NCBI GenBank assembly: GCA_029265795.1 | Contig: JAJUGV010000002.1 | Span: forward strand, 26,873-90,872 | Length of the DNA: 64,000 nt | Direction: 5' to 3' | DNA from: Alcaligenaceae bacterium | Lineage (GTDB): Bacteria > Pseudomonadota > Gammaproteobacteria > Burkholderiales > Burkholderiaceae_B | Shown here: positions 55,577 through 63,389 of the stretch, one piece after another | Layout: the number at the start of each line of letters is the position of its first letter | Position numbering within the stretch: position 1 is the stretch's first letter | Program-made: the position numbers and the translations under genes | The notes under the pieces: model-generated | What the model saw: the letters and a program-made list of their open reading frames with translations, nothing else | Database searches by the model: none | Told to the model about the DNA's origin: nothing

Positions 55577-58366
55577 TCAAGCGTTACCGGATGCCGGCTG
55601 TGGCATCTTGCCGTAGAACACATCGGAATCGACGCGTTCAATGTCGTAGGCACTGTCGGAAGTCAGTTGATTGGCGTTCCACTTGTTGTAGTTAAACTTG
55701 AGATGGCCCCAGCCGCCCACCAGCTCCAACGGCTGCAGCAGCGTCGCCATGGAGTTGTTCATGGGCTTGCGCTGAATGTATTGGTGCGGCTCCCAACCGT
55801 GCTCCATCATGATGGTGTCTTCCGGCAGGCTGGGATAGAACTTAGCCTGGGCGTAGAACTCACCTGTATCGTTGAACAGGCGCACGTGGTCGCCATCCTT
55901 GATATTGCGCTGCGCTGCGAGCTTGGGGTTGATGTAGATATTCGGCTCGCCGCGTTGCAGGCGCAGCATGAATTTATTAGAGCGCCAGTTCGAATGGATG
56001 CCCCAACGCGTATGGGGCGAATAGAAGTTGAGCGGGTACTTCGATGCCTCGGCGCCGGCGTGCAAGCGTGCGGTCGGCACGGTTGCATTCAGCTTCATGA
56101 AGCGGGGGTGATCGCAATAGAAGGTGATGCGGCCCGTCAGCGTCTCATAGGGGTTCTTGTCTTCTGTTTGTGCGGTGAAAGGGTGATACGGTTCGTCCTT
56201 GGGTAGCGGTTGATTCAAGCCCGCTTTCTCGTTCATCACGATGAAGCCTTGCTCGGCGGCTTCGTCCATCGTGATATCCCCGAATTCGGGGGAGTTTTCA
56301 ACGAGCCATTTGGTGACGTCGTAATCGGTCTGCAGCTTGCCGTTCATGGTGAAGTCGTCGTGAATCGTGTGCAGATCACGAGTGACGTCGCCATCTTGGT
56401 AGGAAGAGACACCGCGCGCGATGGCGCGTTCTTGGATCTTCTTGGTAAGAAGTGCCATGATGTCCCAATCGGATTTAGACTCGCCGACGGGGTCGACCGA
56501 CCGAGTGAAGACATTACAGAAACGGTGGTAGCCCTGGGTGCGCAGATCCCACGCCTCGTAGTGGCTGGCTGCCGGCAGCACGTAATCGGCCCATTCAGCA
56601 GTGGAATCCATACGAACGTTCACGTTCACATAGAGTTCGCTAGCCTGTTCCAAATGCGCCGCGCGATACCGATCGGACATCTTGTTGCGACGGAAAGTGT
56701 TGTCAGCCACCGATATCATCGCCTTGACGTCGCCGTAGTAGGGCATCCAGCCTTCTTCCAGCGACTCCTCAATCATCTCTTCCAAGTCGTCGAGGTCGTA
56801 GCCGATGCGCTGTTTGAGCTTGGCGTTGTCAAAGTGCAGGCGCGAGCCTTCCATCATCCGCCCGCGCAGGAATTCGCCAAGGCCGCCGGGTTCATAGCGG
56901 GGCAGCTTCTTGCCCCCGAAGTTGGCCAGCTCGCCCCACAACGGGTGATTCCATACGACCCAACAGGTATCCATGCCGCCCGTCTTCCCACCATGGCCGG
57001 TGAGCGCCAGCGCCAAAATGTAGCTCCATGCGGAATAGATGCCGTTGGAATAATTCGACAGACCAAAGCCGACCATTACGATGGCCTTTTTGGCATCGGC
57101 CATGTGACGGGCTTCGCGCCGCACCATATCGGGGTGGATGCCGGTGTAAGTCTGCGTCTTTTCAGGGCTGAACTTGGCGGCTTCCTTCTTGACCTGTTCG
57201 AACACAGTGGTGACGGCGATATCCTTTACCTTGAATTCGCCTTCAAGTGCAGGGTCTACGCCTCCGAGCTCCAACGTCTTCTCTTCAGAACCCATGGAGC
57301 CTTTCACTTTGACCGCCTGCTTAGTGTTCAAGTCCCAGTGGTAGAAGACTTCGTCAGAACCGCCTTCTTCGAGGTCGGATTCTCTCAGCAGTTTCTGGTT
57401 ATCCAGCCGCACCAGCATCGGCAGGTCGGTCTGTTCCTTCATGAAGTCGGGCTTGTAAAGCTTTTCTTCGATGATGACATTCACCAGCGACATGGCCAGG
57501 AAGGAGTCGGTGCCTTGCTTAATGGGCATCCACAGGTCGGCGTGGATGGAACTGGGATTCATGTCAGGGGCGGTGGAGACGATGCGACAGCCGTTGTGCT
57601 GCGCTTCCCAGATGTAGTGCGCGTCGGGGATCCGTGTGGCGTTGGGGTTGAACACGCACATCAGGATGTAATCGGCGTCAAACCAGGCGTCTGATGTAAA
57701 GGCCTCTAGCGGATTGCCGTAGGCAAGATGCGCGCCGGTGATCAGGTCGCCTACCGTGGTGAAGCCGTCGAGCTGAATACCGCCAATTAACGATGCAAAA
57801 CGATTGGGGCCGGAATGCCGCACAATAGACTGATTGCCTGAGCCTTGGTGGGTCTTGATTTTGCCGGGCCCGTGCTTCTCGAAGATATCTATGATCTTAT
57901 CTGCGATCTCTTCGGTGGCCTGATCCCAAGAAATGCGCTGCCATTTACCTTCACCCCTTTCCCCCGCCCGCTTGAGCGGATACCGCACCCGGTCGGCCTC
58001 GTACATAGCGGTGGAGTGGATGGCTCCCTTCTGACAGCCGCGCGGGTTGGCATCGGGGACTTTGGGGTTGACGGAGGGGTACTTGGCGATTTGCTCTTCG
58101 CGCAGCACGATGCCATCTTTAACAAAGACATCGAATGCGCAATTGCCCATACAGTTGATGCAGTGGGCAGCGTGTCCGACCTTATCCCATGTCCATTCGT
58201 TGCGATAAAGGTCTTCCCAACTGCGGTATGGATATTCCGTCTTAAGCGTGTCCTGAATGGGCTCCAGACGATTTAACGCCCATGCCTGCCCGTTCCCAAG
58301 AACCCCTGCCGTAGCGCCGGCTGCACCCAGACCTTTCAGAAAACTGCGGCGGTTTAGTTGCCCCAT
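55577..58366 (-). CDS. ddhA: Type II DMSO-reductase-family molybdopterin (alpha) subunit, dimethylsulfide dehydrogenase-like
   Basis: Tat signal LNRRSFLK; FS0 motif HCINCMGNC...PRGCQKG; Asp Mo-ligand motif VGD; mature N-terminus ALNRLEPI...EYPYR.WEDLYRNE resembles Rhodovulum DdhA as I recall it. Confidence 0.82.
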   Translation of the reverse strand: MGQLNRRSFLKGLGAAGATAGVLGNGQAWALNRLEPIQDTLKTEYPYRSWEDLYRNEWTWDKVGHAAHCINCMGNCAFDVFVKDGIVLREEQIAKYPSVNPKVPDANPRGCQKGAIHSTAMYEADRVRYPLKRAGERGEGKWQRISWDQATEEIADKIIDIFEKHGPGKIKTHQGSGNQSIVRHSGPNRFASLIGGIQLDGFTTVGDLITGAHLAYGNPLEAFTSDAWFDADYILMCVFNPNATRIPDAHYIWEAQHNGCRIVSTAPDMNPSSIHADLWMPIKQGTDSFLAMSLVNVIIEEKLYKPDFMKEQTDLPMLVRLDNQKLLRESDLEEGGSDEVFYHWDLNTKQAVKVKGSMGSEEKTLELGGVDPALEGEFKVKDIAVTTVFEQVKKEAAKFSPEKTQTYTGIHPDMVRREARHMADAKKAIVMVGFGLSNYSNGIYSAWSYILALALTGHGGKTGGMDTCWVVWNHPLWGELANFGGKKLPRYEPGGLGEFLRGRMMEGSRLHFDNAKLKQRIGYDLDDLEEMIEESLEEGWMPYYGDVKAMISVADNTFRRNKMSDRYRAAHLEQASELYVNVNVRMDSTAEWADYVLPAASHYEAWDLRTQGYHRFCNVFTRSVDPVGESKSDWDIMALLTKKIQERAIARGVSSYQDGDVTRDLHTIHDDFTMNGKLQTDYDVTKWLVENSPEFGDITMDEAAEQGFIVMNEKAGLNQPLPKDEPYHPFTAQTEDKNPYETLTGRITFYCDHPRFMKLNATVPTARLHAGAEASKYPLNFYSPHTRWGIHSNWRSNKFMLRLQRGEPNIYINPKLAAQRNIKDGDHVRLFNDTGEFYAQAKFYPSLPEDTIMMEHGWEPHQYIQRKPMNNSMATLLQPLELVGGWGHLKFNYNKWNANQLTSDSAYDIERVDSDVFYGKMPQPASGNA

Positions 58367-58482
58367 GTTCGTGCTCCTTCTTGGTCCTGCCACCACGACC
58401 AGGCCAGTTGGAGTTGTCAGGCTCGCTGCTGTCGCCGCTGTCCGAGAACTTCGCTTTTACCTGGACACCTAAAACGCCCTTC

Positions 58483-58535
58483 TTGACGTTCTTTGACGTC
58501 ATTATCGAGCGTTTAGGACTGGTGTAAATGTCCTA
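58483..58535 (-). promoter_or_regulatory. Putative ddh promoter with operator repeats
   Basis: Minus strand TTTACA-N16-GATAAT; inverted repeat TAGGAC-N10-GTCCTA; direct repeat TTGACGT x2 at a 10-bp period. Confidence 0.5.
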
Positions 58536-58610
58536 GGCCGCGAATTAGTATAAACACCTAGAGCTGGGTTGAATGGCCCCTTCGTTGGCAGAGGCTATGG
58601 GCTGTACGGC

Positions 58611-58697
58611 CTACTCACGCCAGTGTATCCAGCAAAGCAGCAGGGCGAACATGATGCCGGCGGACACGAAGATAAGAGAGACAAATTGGGGCGACAT
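58611..58697 (-). CDS. Putative 28-aa single-pass membrane peptide
   Basis: Manual translation MSPQFVSLIFVSAGIMFALLLCWIHWRE*. Confidence 0.5.
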   Translation of the reverse strand: MSPQFVSLIFVSAGIMFALLLCWIHWRE

Positions 58698-58796
58698 GGG
58701 CTGACTTGCGTGGTTCGTTTAGACGCTTACAGAAGGTAACGCCGTGGCCGTTAGCAAGTCCTGAGCCTGACCCCTGTTGGTGGGTAGAAAGTTGAG

Positions 58797-58883
58797 TTAA
58801 TCCCTGCGGTGCAACCACCACAAAAAGGCCGCAATGAGTGCTGCGACGATGTAACACAGCGTAGGGAGTGAATCAATGGGCAT
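58797..58883 (-). CDS. Putative 28-aa single-pass membrane peptide
   Basis: Manual translation MPIDSLPTLCYIVAALIAAFLWWLHRRD*; TAAAAT ends 5 nt before the ATG. Confidence 0.5.
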   Translation of the reverse strand: MPIDSLPTLCYIVAALIAAFLWWLHRRD

Positions 58884-59028
58884 ACAACATTTTACCCACA
58901 GTTACATTCAGTAAATAGATGAAGTGGGGTGCTTAAGATGGAGAGATGCTGGAACCGAGGCCCCGAAAGAGGGAGAGAAGGGGCAGTCCTGCCTAGCCAC
59001 CTTTGAAGAGTAAACAATTTCTGAATAT

Positions 59029-59056
59029 TGTGACATTGTCACATAAAATGTCACAT
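59029..59056. repeat. TGTCACA heptamer cluster (one palindrome plus a direct repeat)
   Basis: TGTGACA-T-TGTCACA-TAAAA-TGTCACA. Confidence 0.8.
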
Positions 59057-59064
59057 TACGGGGG

Positions 59065-59093
59065 AAAAACCTGAAGCAATTGATGCTTTCGGG
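59065..59093 (-). terminator. Probable terminator of the 157-aa gene
   Basis: Minus strand CCCGAAAGCA-TCAAT-TGCTTCAGG-TTTTT (imperfect stem). Confidence 0.5.
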
Positions 59094-59153
59094 TGGGGGG
59101 TAGGGGCGACTTCCGTTAATTGCCTAGCAGCTGAGGAGCCGCGAGCGGTAAGA

Positions 59154-59627
59154 CTAGAGCAACGCACGAATGAGCTTCATGATTTCCAGCGTCATGCCAC
59201 CGACGGGTATTGGTATGCCAAGCGCCTGAAGAATGGAGCTTAGTATGACACCGACTGCGCCTAGTAGAATCCGGAGCCACCGCCGCGCGCTTTGGTAATA
59301 GTCAGGCGTCAGCTCAATTTTCTGAATGACCTCCAGCTTGAACCGCTGCGGAACGCCTACGAGACCATGGGCAATCATTCCCTCATGGTTAGGGGGCAGG
59401 GCATGCAGCGCTTCACGCAGTCGGCCAAAATCGGTGTGCACGGCACCGAGTGCTTCGCGTGCGAAATCCCGTAGAGGGGGAAACAGGCCCATTTCGTCGG
59501 CAGCGATTCCCTCAACATTGCCTTCTATGACGTCATGTACCAACCTTTCAGCCTGCTCTACAAACCAAAGCAGATCTTCTTGAACGGGATTCCTGCCTTC
59601 CATGAAATCTAAGTTGAAGTAAGCCAT
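59154..59627 (-). CDS. Hypothetical protein with C-terminal hydrophobic segment
   Basis: Strong AAGGAG RBS; 157 aa; downstream terminator. Confidence 0.75.
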   Translation of the reverse strand: MAYFNLDFMEGRNPVQEDLLWFVEQAERLVHDVIEGNVEGIAADEMGLFPPLRDFAREALGAVHTDFGRLREALHALPPNHEGMIAHGLVGVPQRFKLEVIQKIELTPDYYQSARRWLRILLGAVGVILSSILQALGIPIPVGGMTLEIMKLIRALL

Positions 59628-59740
59628 GGTCGTCTCCTTTTTGTAGAGACAATAGCAATGACGACCGGTGTGTCATATCCGCTTGTCGGCCGAATAGTGG
59701 TGCCGTTGAGGTTAAGCTGCGTGCGGGGAGGTGAAGTGAA

Positions 59741-60091
59741 ATGTATGAATCTCGGGGTGAAGAAGTCATCAGTCGGCGCCGGTTTGCCCTGCGCGTGCTC
59801 ATTCACTTGCTTATTGCAATGGCGTTCATTGCCCTGTCGCTGCTGGGCGGGGTGCTTGGGTATCTATGGATGGAGCGTGAGGTGCATTGGCACGATGCCA
59901 TGCTGAATATGGCAATGATCGCCAGTGGAATCGGGCCGACCATGCTGCCGGAGACGGTGCAAGGCAAGGTATTTCTAGCTGCGTACAGCGCCTATATCAG
60001 TGTGGTTTTTGTCGCGGTGCTGGGAGTGGTCATGGCGCCGGTGCTACACCGGATACTGCACGTGTTTCATCTGGGAGACGAGGAGGGGTAG
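59741..60091 (+). CDS. Small 2-TM membrane protein, K+-channel pore-like
   Basis: GGAGG upstream; TM, WHDAMLN..SGIGP, TVQGKVF, TM architecture. Confidence 0.7.
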   Translation: MYESRGEEVISRRRFALRVLIHLLIAMAFIALSLLGGVLGYLWMEREVHWHDAMLNMAMIASGIGPTMLPETVQGKVFLAAYSAYISVVFVAVLGVVMAPVLHRILHVFHLGDEEG

Positions 60092-60160
60092 GAAGCGACG
60101 GTCGCTGTCTCTAGGGGGGCGGAACGCCCCCAATGCTCACGCGCAGTCGCGAGCTTCTCC

Positions 60161-60709
60161 CTATGGAACCAGGAGAGCCGCGAAGTCCTTATGTGTGACG
60201 GCTGCTCGAATAGCGTCCTGAATGGCGCCAAGTCCGGCCTGAGCCGTTTGGTTGCATGCGGTTTCGCCGTAGAAGCTTGACTGATATTTATAGGTATTCA
60301 CAACATCAACGGCGCGTCCGTTGCTAGAGCGTATTTCAAGGCCTACAGTCCAAGAGCCGCCCATTGAGTCAAAATCGAGTTCTGTGATTTTGCCCGTAAG
60401 TTCAATCGGGGCGTCTTTGGAGTAAATATTCGCGATGATCAACTCGCTGATGAGTGCCTTACGCACATACTCGGCAAAGCTTTCTCCGTCAGGCGTCTTG
60501 ATAGGGCCCACGCCTCGACACATTATTTCTCCAGGCCTGTCATTGGGTCCGGGGACCTTGGCAGGAAGAAATTCGCCCACCTCTACTTTGACATCAGCAA
60601 CTTCCCGCAAAGCTATGACGGTGTCGGTGGAAACACTGTACCTAGGAACAGCATAGGTGGAGCAGCCGGCGAGCCCCAGGGTGAATAACACGACAACAGC
60701 CTTCTTCAT
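60161..60709 (-). CDS. Hypothetical lipoprotein
   Basis: MKKAVVVLFTLGLAGC lipobox; AAGGA RBS. Confidence 0.8.
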   Translation of the reverse strand: MKKAVVVLFTLGLAGCSTYAVPRYSVSTDTVIALREVADVKVEVGEFLPAKVPGPNDRPGEIMCRGVGPIKTPDGESFAEYVRKALISELIIANIYSKDAPIELTGKITELDFDSMGGSWTVGLEIRSSNGRAVDVVNTYKYQSSFYGETACNQTAQAGLGAIQDAIRAAVTHKDFAALLVP

Positions 60710-60862
60710 TTTTATTCCTTACAAAACAACATTAATTTAATCTATCGTTACATGGGGTGCTGTTTTCAGCCTGCCTTCCTACTTAGCCACAACTCAAAGT
60801 AAATACCGGCCTACATTGGGGCACTGCTAAGCGGTTTTCCCCGACTTAGTCTCATACCAAAG

Positions 60863-60897
60863 AAAAAGCCCCTACAGCGCTTTGGCTGTAAGGGCTT
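60863..60897 (-). terminator. tRNA-Asn terminator
   Basis: AAGCCC.TACAGC...GCTGTA.GGGCTT with A-tract. Confidence 0.7.
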
Positions 60898-60916
60898 GAT
60901 TTCTTTTGGTATTCGG

Positions 60917-60992
60917 TGGCTCCCCGAACAGGGCTCGAACCTGTGACCTGCGGATTAACAGTCCGTCGCTCTACCGACTGAGCTATCGGGGA
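60917..60992 (-). tRNA. tRNA-Asn (GTT)
   Basis: 76-nt TCCCCGATAGCTCAG...CTGTTAA...TTCGAGC...CGGGGAGCCA. Confidence 0.98.
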
Positions 60993-61148
60993 ACTAAAGA
61001 AGAAAAACTATAGCACGATTTTTATTGCTTGTGCAAGTCCTCTTCAAACTTCATTTTCGCGCTACGCCGTGTTACCGGGTGCCCCAAAAATGAAAGACGA
61101 TTTATAGCGCGGTTTGCGCGACCTTGTCAAGCCAGGCACTCCGGGCCG

Positions 61149-61197
61149 GAAACTGGGGTCAGACCCCAGTTTTTAAGTGGGGTCTGACCCCAGTTTC
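61149..61197. repeat. REP-like palindrome doublet (REPIN-like)
   Basis: GAAACTGGGGTCAGACCCCA and its exact reverse complement separated by 9 bp; each copy is itself palindromic. Confidence 0.8.
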
Positions 61198-61238
61198 TCT
61201 ATAATGCGGGGTTGTTTCCCGCCTTGTGGCTTTTGCTG

Positions 61239-62183
61239 ATGTCTTCGTCGAACGCTCCCGCTGTGGTTGAATCTTCCCGCCTGAATGCGTATTGGAGCGG
61301 GTTTTTGCTGGCTTGTCTGGGGTCGATTCTGTTTTCGGCGAAGGCGATTGTGGCGAAGCTGACTTATCGCTACGGGGTGGATGCGTTGACGGTGATGGGG
61401 TTTCGCATGCTGTTCGCGCTGCCGTTCTTTGCGGTGATTGCGGCGCTGCAAGCGCGGCGGGCTCGGTTGGGTAAGATCGAACGGTTGAACGGCCGCGATG
61501 TATTGAAGATTCTCGCGCTGGGGTTCATCGGTTATTACCTGTCCAGCTACCTGGACTTCCTGGGCCTGCAGTACATCTCGGCCGGGCTTGAGCGTCTCAT
61601 TCTCTTTCTGTCACCCACGTTTGTGCTGCTGATCTCAGCGTTGTATCTGAAGCGGCGCATCACGTCGCTGCAATGGCTGGCGTTGGGGCTGTCTTATCTT
61701 GGTGTGGCGCTGGCCTTTGTCCACGACCTGTCGTTTGTGGGCAGTAATGTGTTGCTGGGTTCAGGGCTGGTCCTGGCGTCGGCCGTGACTTATGCCATTT
61801 ACCTGATTAGTTCGGGCGAGTTTCTGAAGAAGGTGGGGTCCACGCGGCTTGTGGCTTACGCGATGAGCGCCTCGACGGCTTATGTGCTGCTGCACTTCCT
61901 GGTCCAGAAGGGGTGGGGTGAGCTGATACAGCCGGCAGGGGTGTATCAGTTGTCCATTGTCCATGCGGTGCTGCATACGGTACTACCCACCTTCATGATT
62001 ATGTGGGCGGTGGCGCGTATCGGCGCACCGCTGACTTCGCAGCTGGGCATGGTGGGGCCGGTGTCGGTGCTGTTCCTTGCCTGGTGGATACTGGACGAGC
62101 CACTTACCATGCTGCAGCTGGCCGGCACCGCGCTGGTGCTGGCGGGCATGCTGGTTTTGGGCCGGGTACGTCCCGCTAAATAG
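61239..62183 (+). CDS. DMT/EamA family transporter
   Basis: FSAKAIVAK, GLQYISAGLERLILF, duplicated 5-TM halves; TATAAT at 61200-61205. Confidence 0.92.
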   Translation: MSSSNAPAVVESSRLNAYWSGFLLACLGSILFSAKAIVAKLTYRYGVDALTVMGFRMLFALPFFAVIAALQARRARLGKIERLNGRDVLKILALGFIGYYLSSYLDFLGLQYISAGLERLILFLSPTFVLLISALYLKRRITSLQWLALGLSYLGVALAFVHDLSFVGSNVLLGSGLVLASAVTYAIYLISSGEFLKKVGSTRLVAYAMSASTAYVLLHFLVQKGWGELIQPAGVYQLSIVHAVLHTVLPTFMIMWAVARIGAPLTSQLGMVGPVSVLFLAWWILDEPLTMLQLAGTALVLAGMLVLGRVRPAK

Positions 62184-62201
62184 GGCCCGCCGCCGTAGCG
62201 G

Positions 62202-63380
62202 TCAACGACCCATTCGTTGCTCTAGGTCTTCGCGGTGCACGTCGTGCGTGACGAAGCCGATGTCGCGATCCGGCATAGCGAGGCGCTCCGGGTCCTGCAG
62301 TGTCTTGCGAATGTCTTCCAGGCCGTGCTGCCAGTGCGCGCGCATCGCGGCAAGGCCGAATTGGTAATCTTTGTAGTGCAGGTCGTAGGGCTGGTTGCGA
62401 AAGATCAGATGCACGATGTTGTAGCACTTCCCGGTGCTGACTTCTTCGGCCAGCCTTGCGTAGTCGGCATGGTCGCGCACGTCTTCCGGTATGTCCTGCA
62501 ACATGCGCCACAGTAGGTGGCGCAACTGTTGTGATTGGCGGAAGTGCTCGGTGACGTAACGGGTGCGGCTGGAATAGCGGATGTCCTGCATGCGGTCATA
62601 CACTTCGCCCATATTGGTGGGCGCCGCCCCACGTGCGCTCCACAGATCCACTTGGAATACGAGCGTGTCGCGCATGGGTCGGGCTTGCAGCACGTGGCCC
62701 AGCGGCGTGTTGGACACTAAGCCGCCGTCCCAGTAGTATTCGCCGTCTATTTCAACTGCGGGGAAGGCCGGGGGCAGGGCGCCTGAAGCCATGAAATGCT
62801 CGGGTCGCAGCGCGATCTCGCGATTGTCGAAATACGTGAAATTCCCCGTGCGTACATTCACTGCGCCGACCGACACGTGCAGTTCGCAGGCATTGATGCG
62901 ATCAAAATCACAAAAACGTTCCAGGGTGTCGCGCAGGGCGTCGATGCGATAGTAGCTGGTCTCAGTGGGCGGGTTGTGCTGGAAGGAAAACACCGGGGCA
63001 GGCAGGCGGGGGTGGAAGAAGCCATTCTGCCCATCGACCAGCGCGCGGCCCGCGTTCATGTGCCCAAGAAACTGCCTGGCTGCATCGTTGATATTGAAGA
63101 TGGACTGCTCGACAATTGGCGGCAGGCCCATAAGCGGCGTATTGGGCTGGCAGATGGTTTCCCAGAATTCGCGCAGGCGATCCACCCGGTGCTCCGGCGC
63201 ATTACCGGCGATAACCGCGGTGTTAAGCGCGCCAATCGATATCCCTGCTAAGCGGTTCAGGGGAATGCCGGCCTCTTTCAGACCCTCGAAGACCCCTGCC
63301 TGATAGGCCCCGAGCGCGCCGCCTCCTTGCAGAACCAACGCCAGGGTTTCATAAGGGGGAAGTTCGATCTTGCCTGCCAT
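62202..63380 (-). CDS. Patatin-like phospholipase family protein (DUF3734-type C-terminus)
   Basis: LQGGGALGAYQAG, GISIG, WDGG. Confidence 0.92.
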   Translation of the reverse strand: MAGKIELPPYETLALVLQGGGALGAYQAGVFEGLKEAGIPLNRLAGISIGALNTAVIAGNAPEHRVDRLREFWETICQPNTPLMGLPPIVEQSIFNINDAARQFLGHMNAGRALVDGQNGFFHPRLPAPVFSFQHNPPTETSYYRIDALRDTLERFCDFDRINACELHVSVGAVNVRTGNFTYFDNREIALRPEHFMASGALPPAFPAVEIDGEYYWDGGLVSNTPLGHVLQARPMRDTLVFQVDLWSARGAAPTNMGEVYDRMQDIRYSSRTRYVTEHFRQSQQLRHLLWRMLQDIPEDVRDHADYARLAEEVSTGKCYNIVHLIFRNQPYDLHYKDYQFGLAAMRAHWQHGLEDIRKTLQDPERLAMPDRDIGFVTHDVHREDLEQRMGR

Positions 63381-63389
63381 GCGCCGTAC

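Noticed and set aside
56210-57694. 494-aa plus-strand ORF
   Set aside because: Entirely antisense to ddhA; shadow ORF expected from high-GC codon bias, with no recognisable motifs
58367-58500. Possible Moco riboswitch in the ddhA leader
   Set aside because: I could not match conserved Moco-RNA elements by eye; an Infernal/Rfam scan would be needed
62202-63380. Patatin as a CBASS-type effector
   Set aside because: No adjacent CD-NTase; the DUF294 NTase is about 13 kb away and of a different type; neighbours are housekeeping-like
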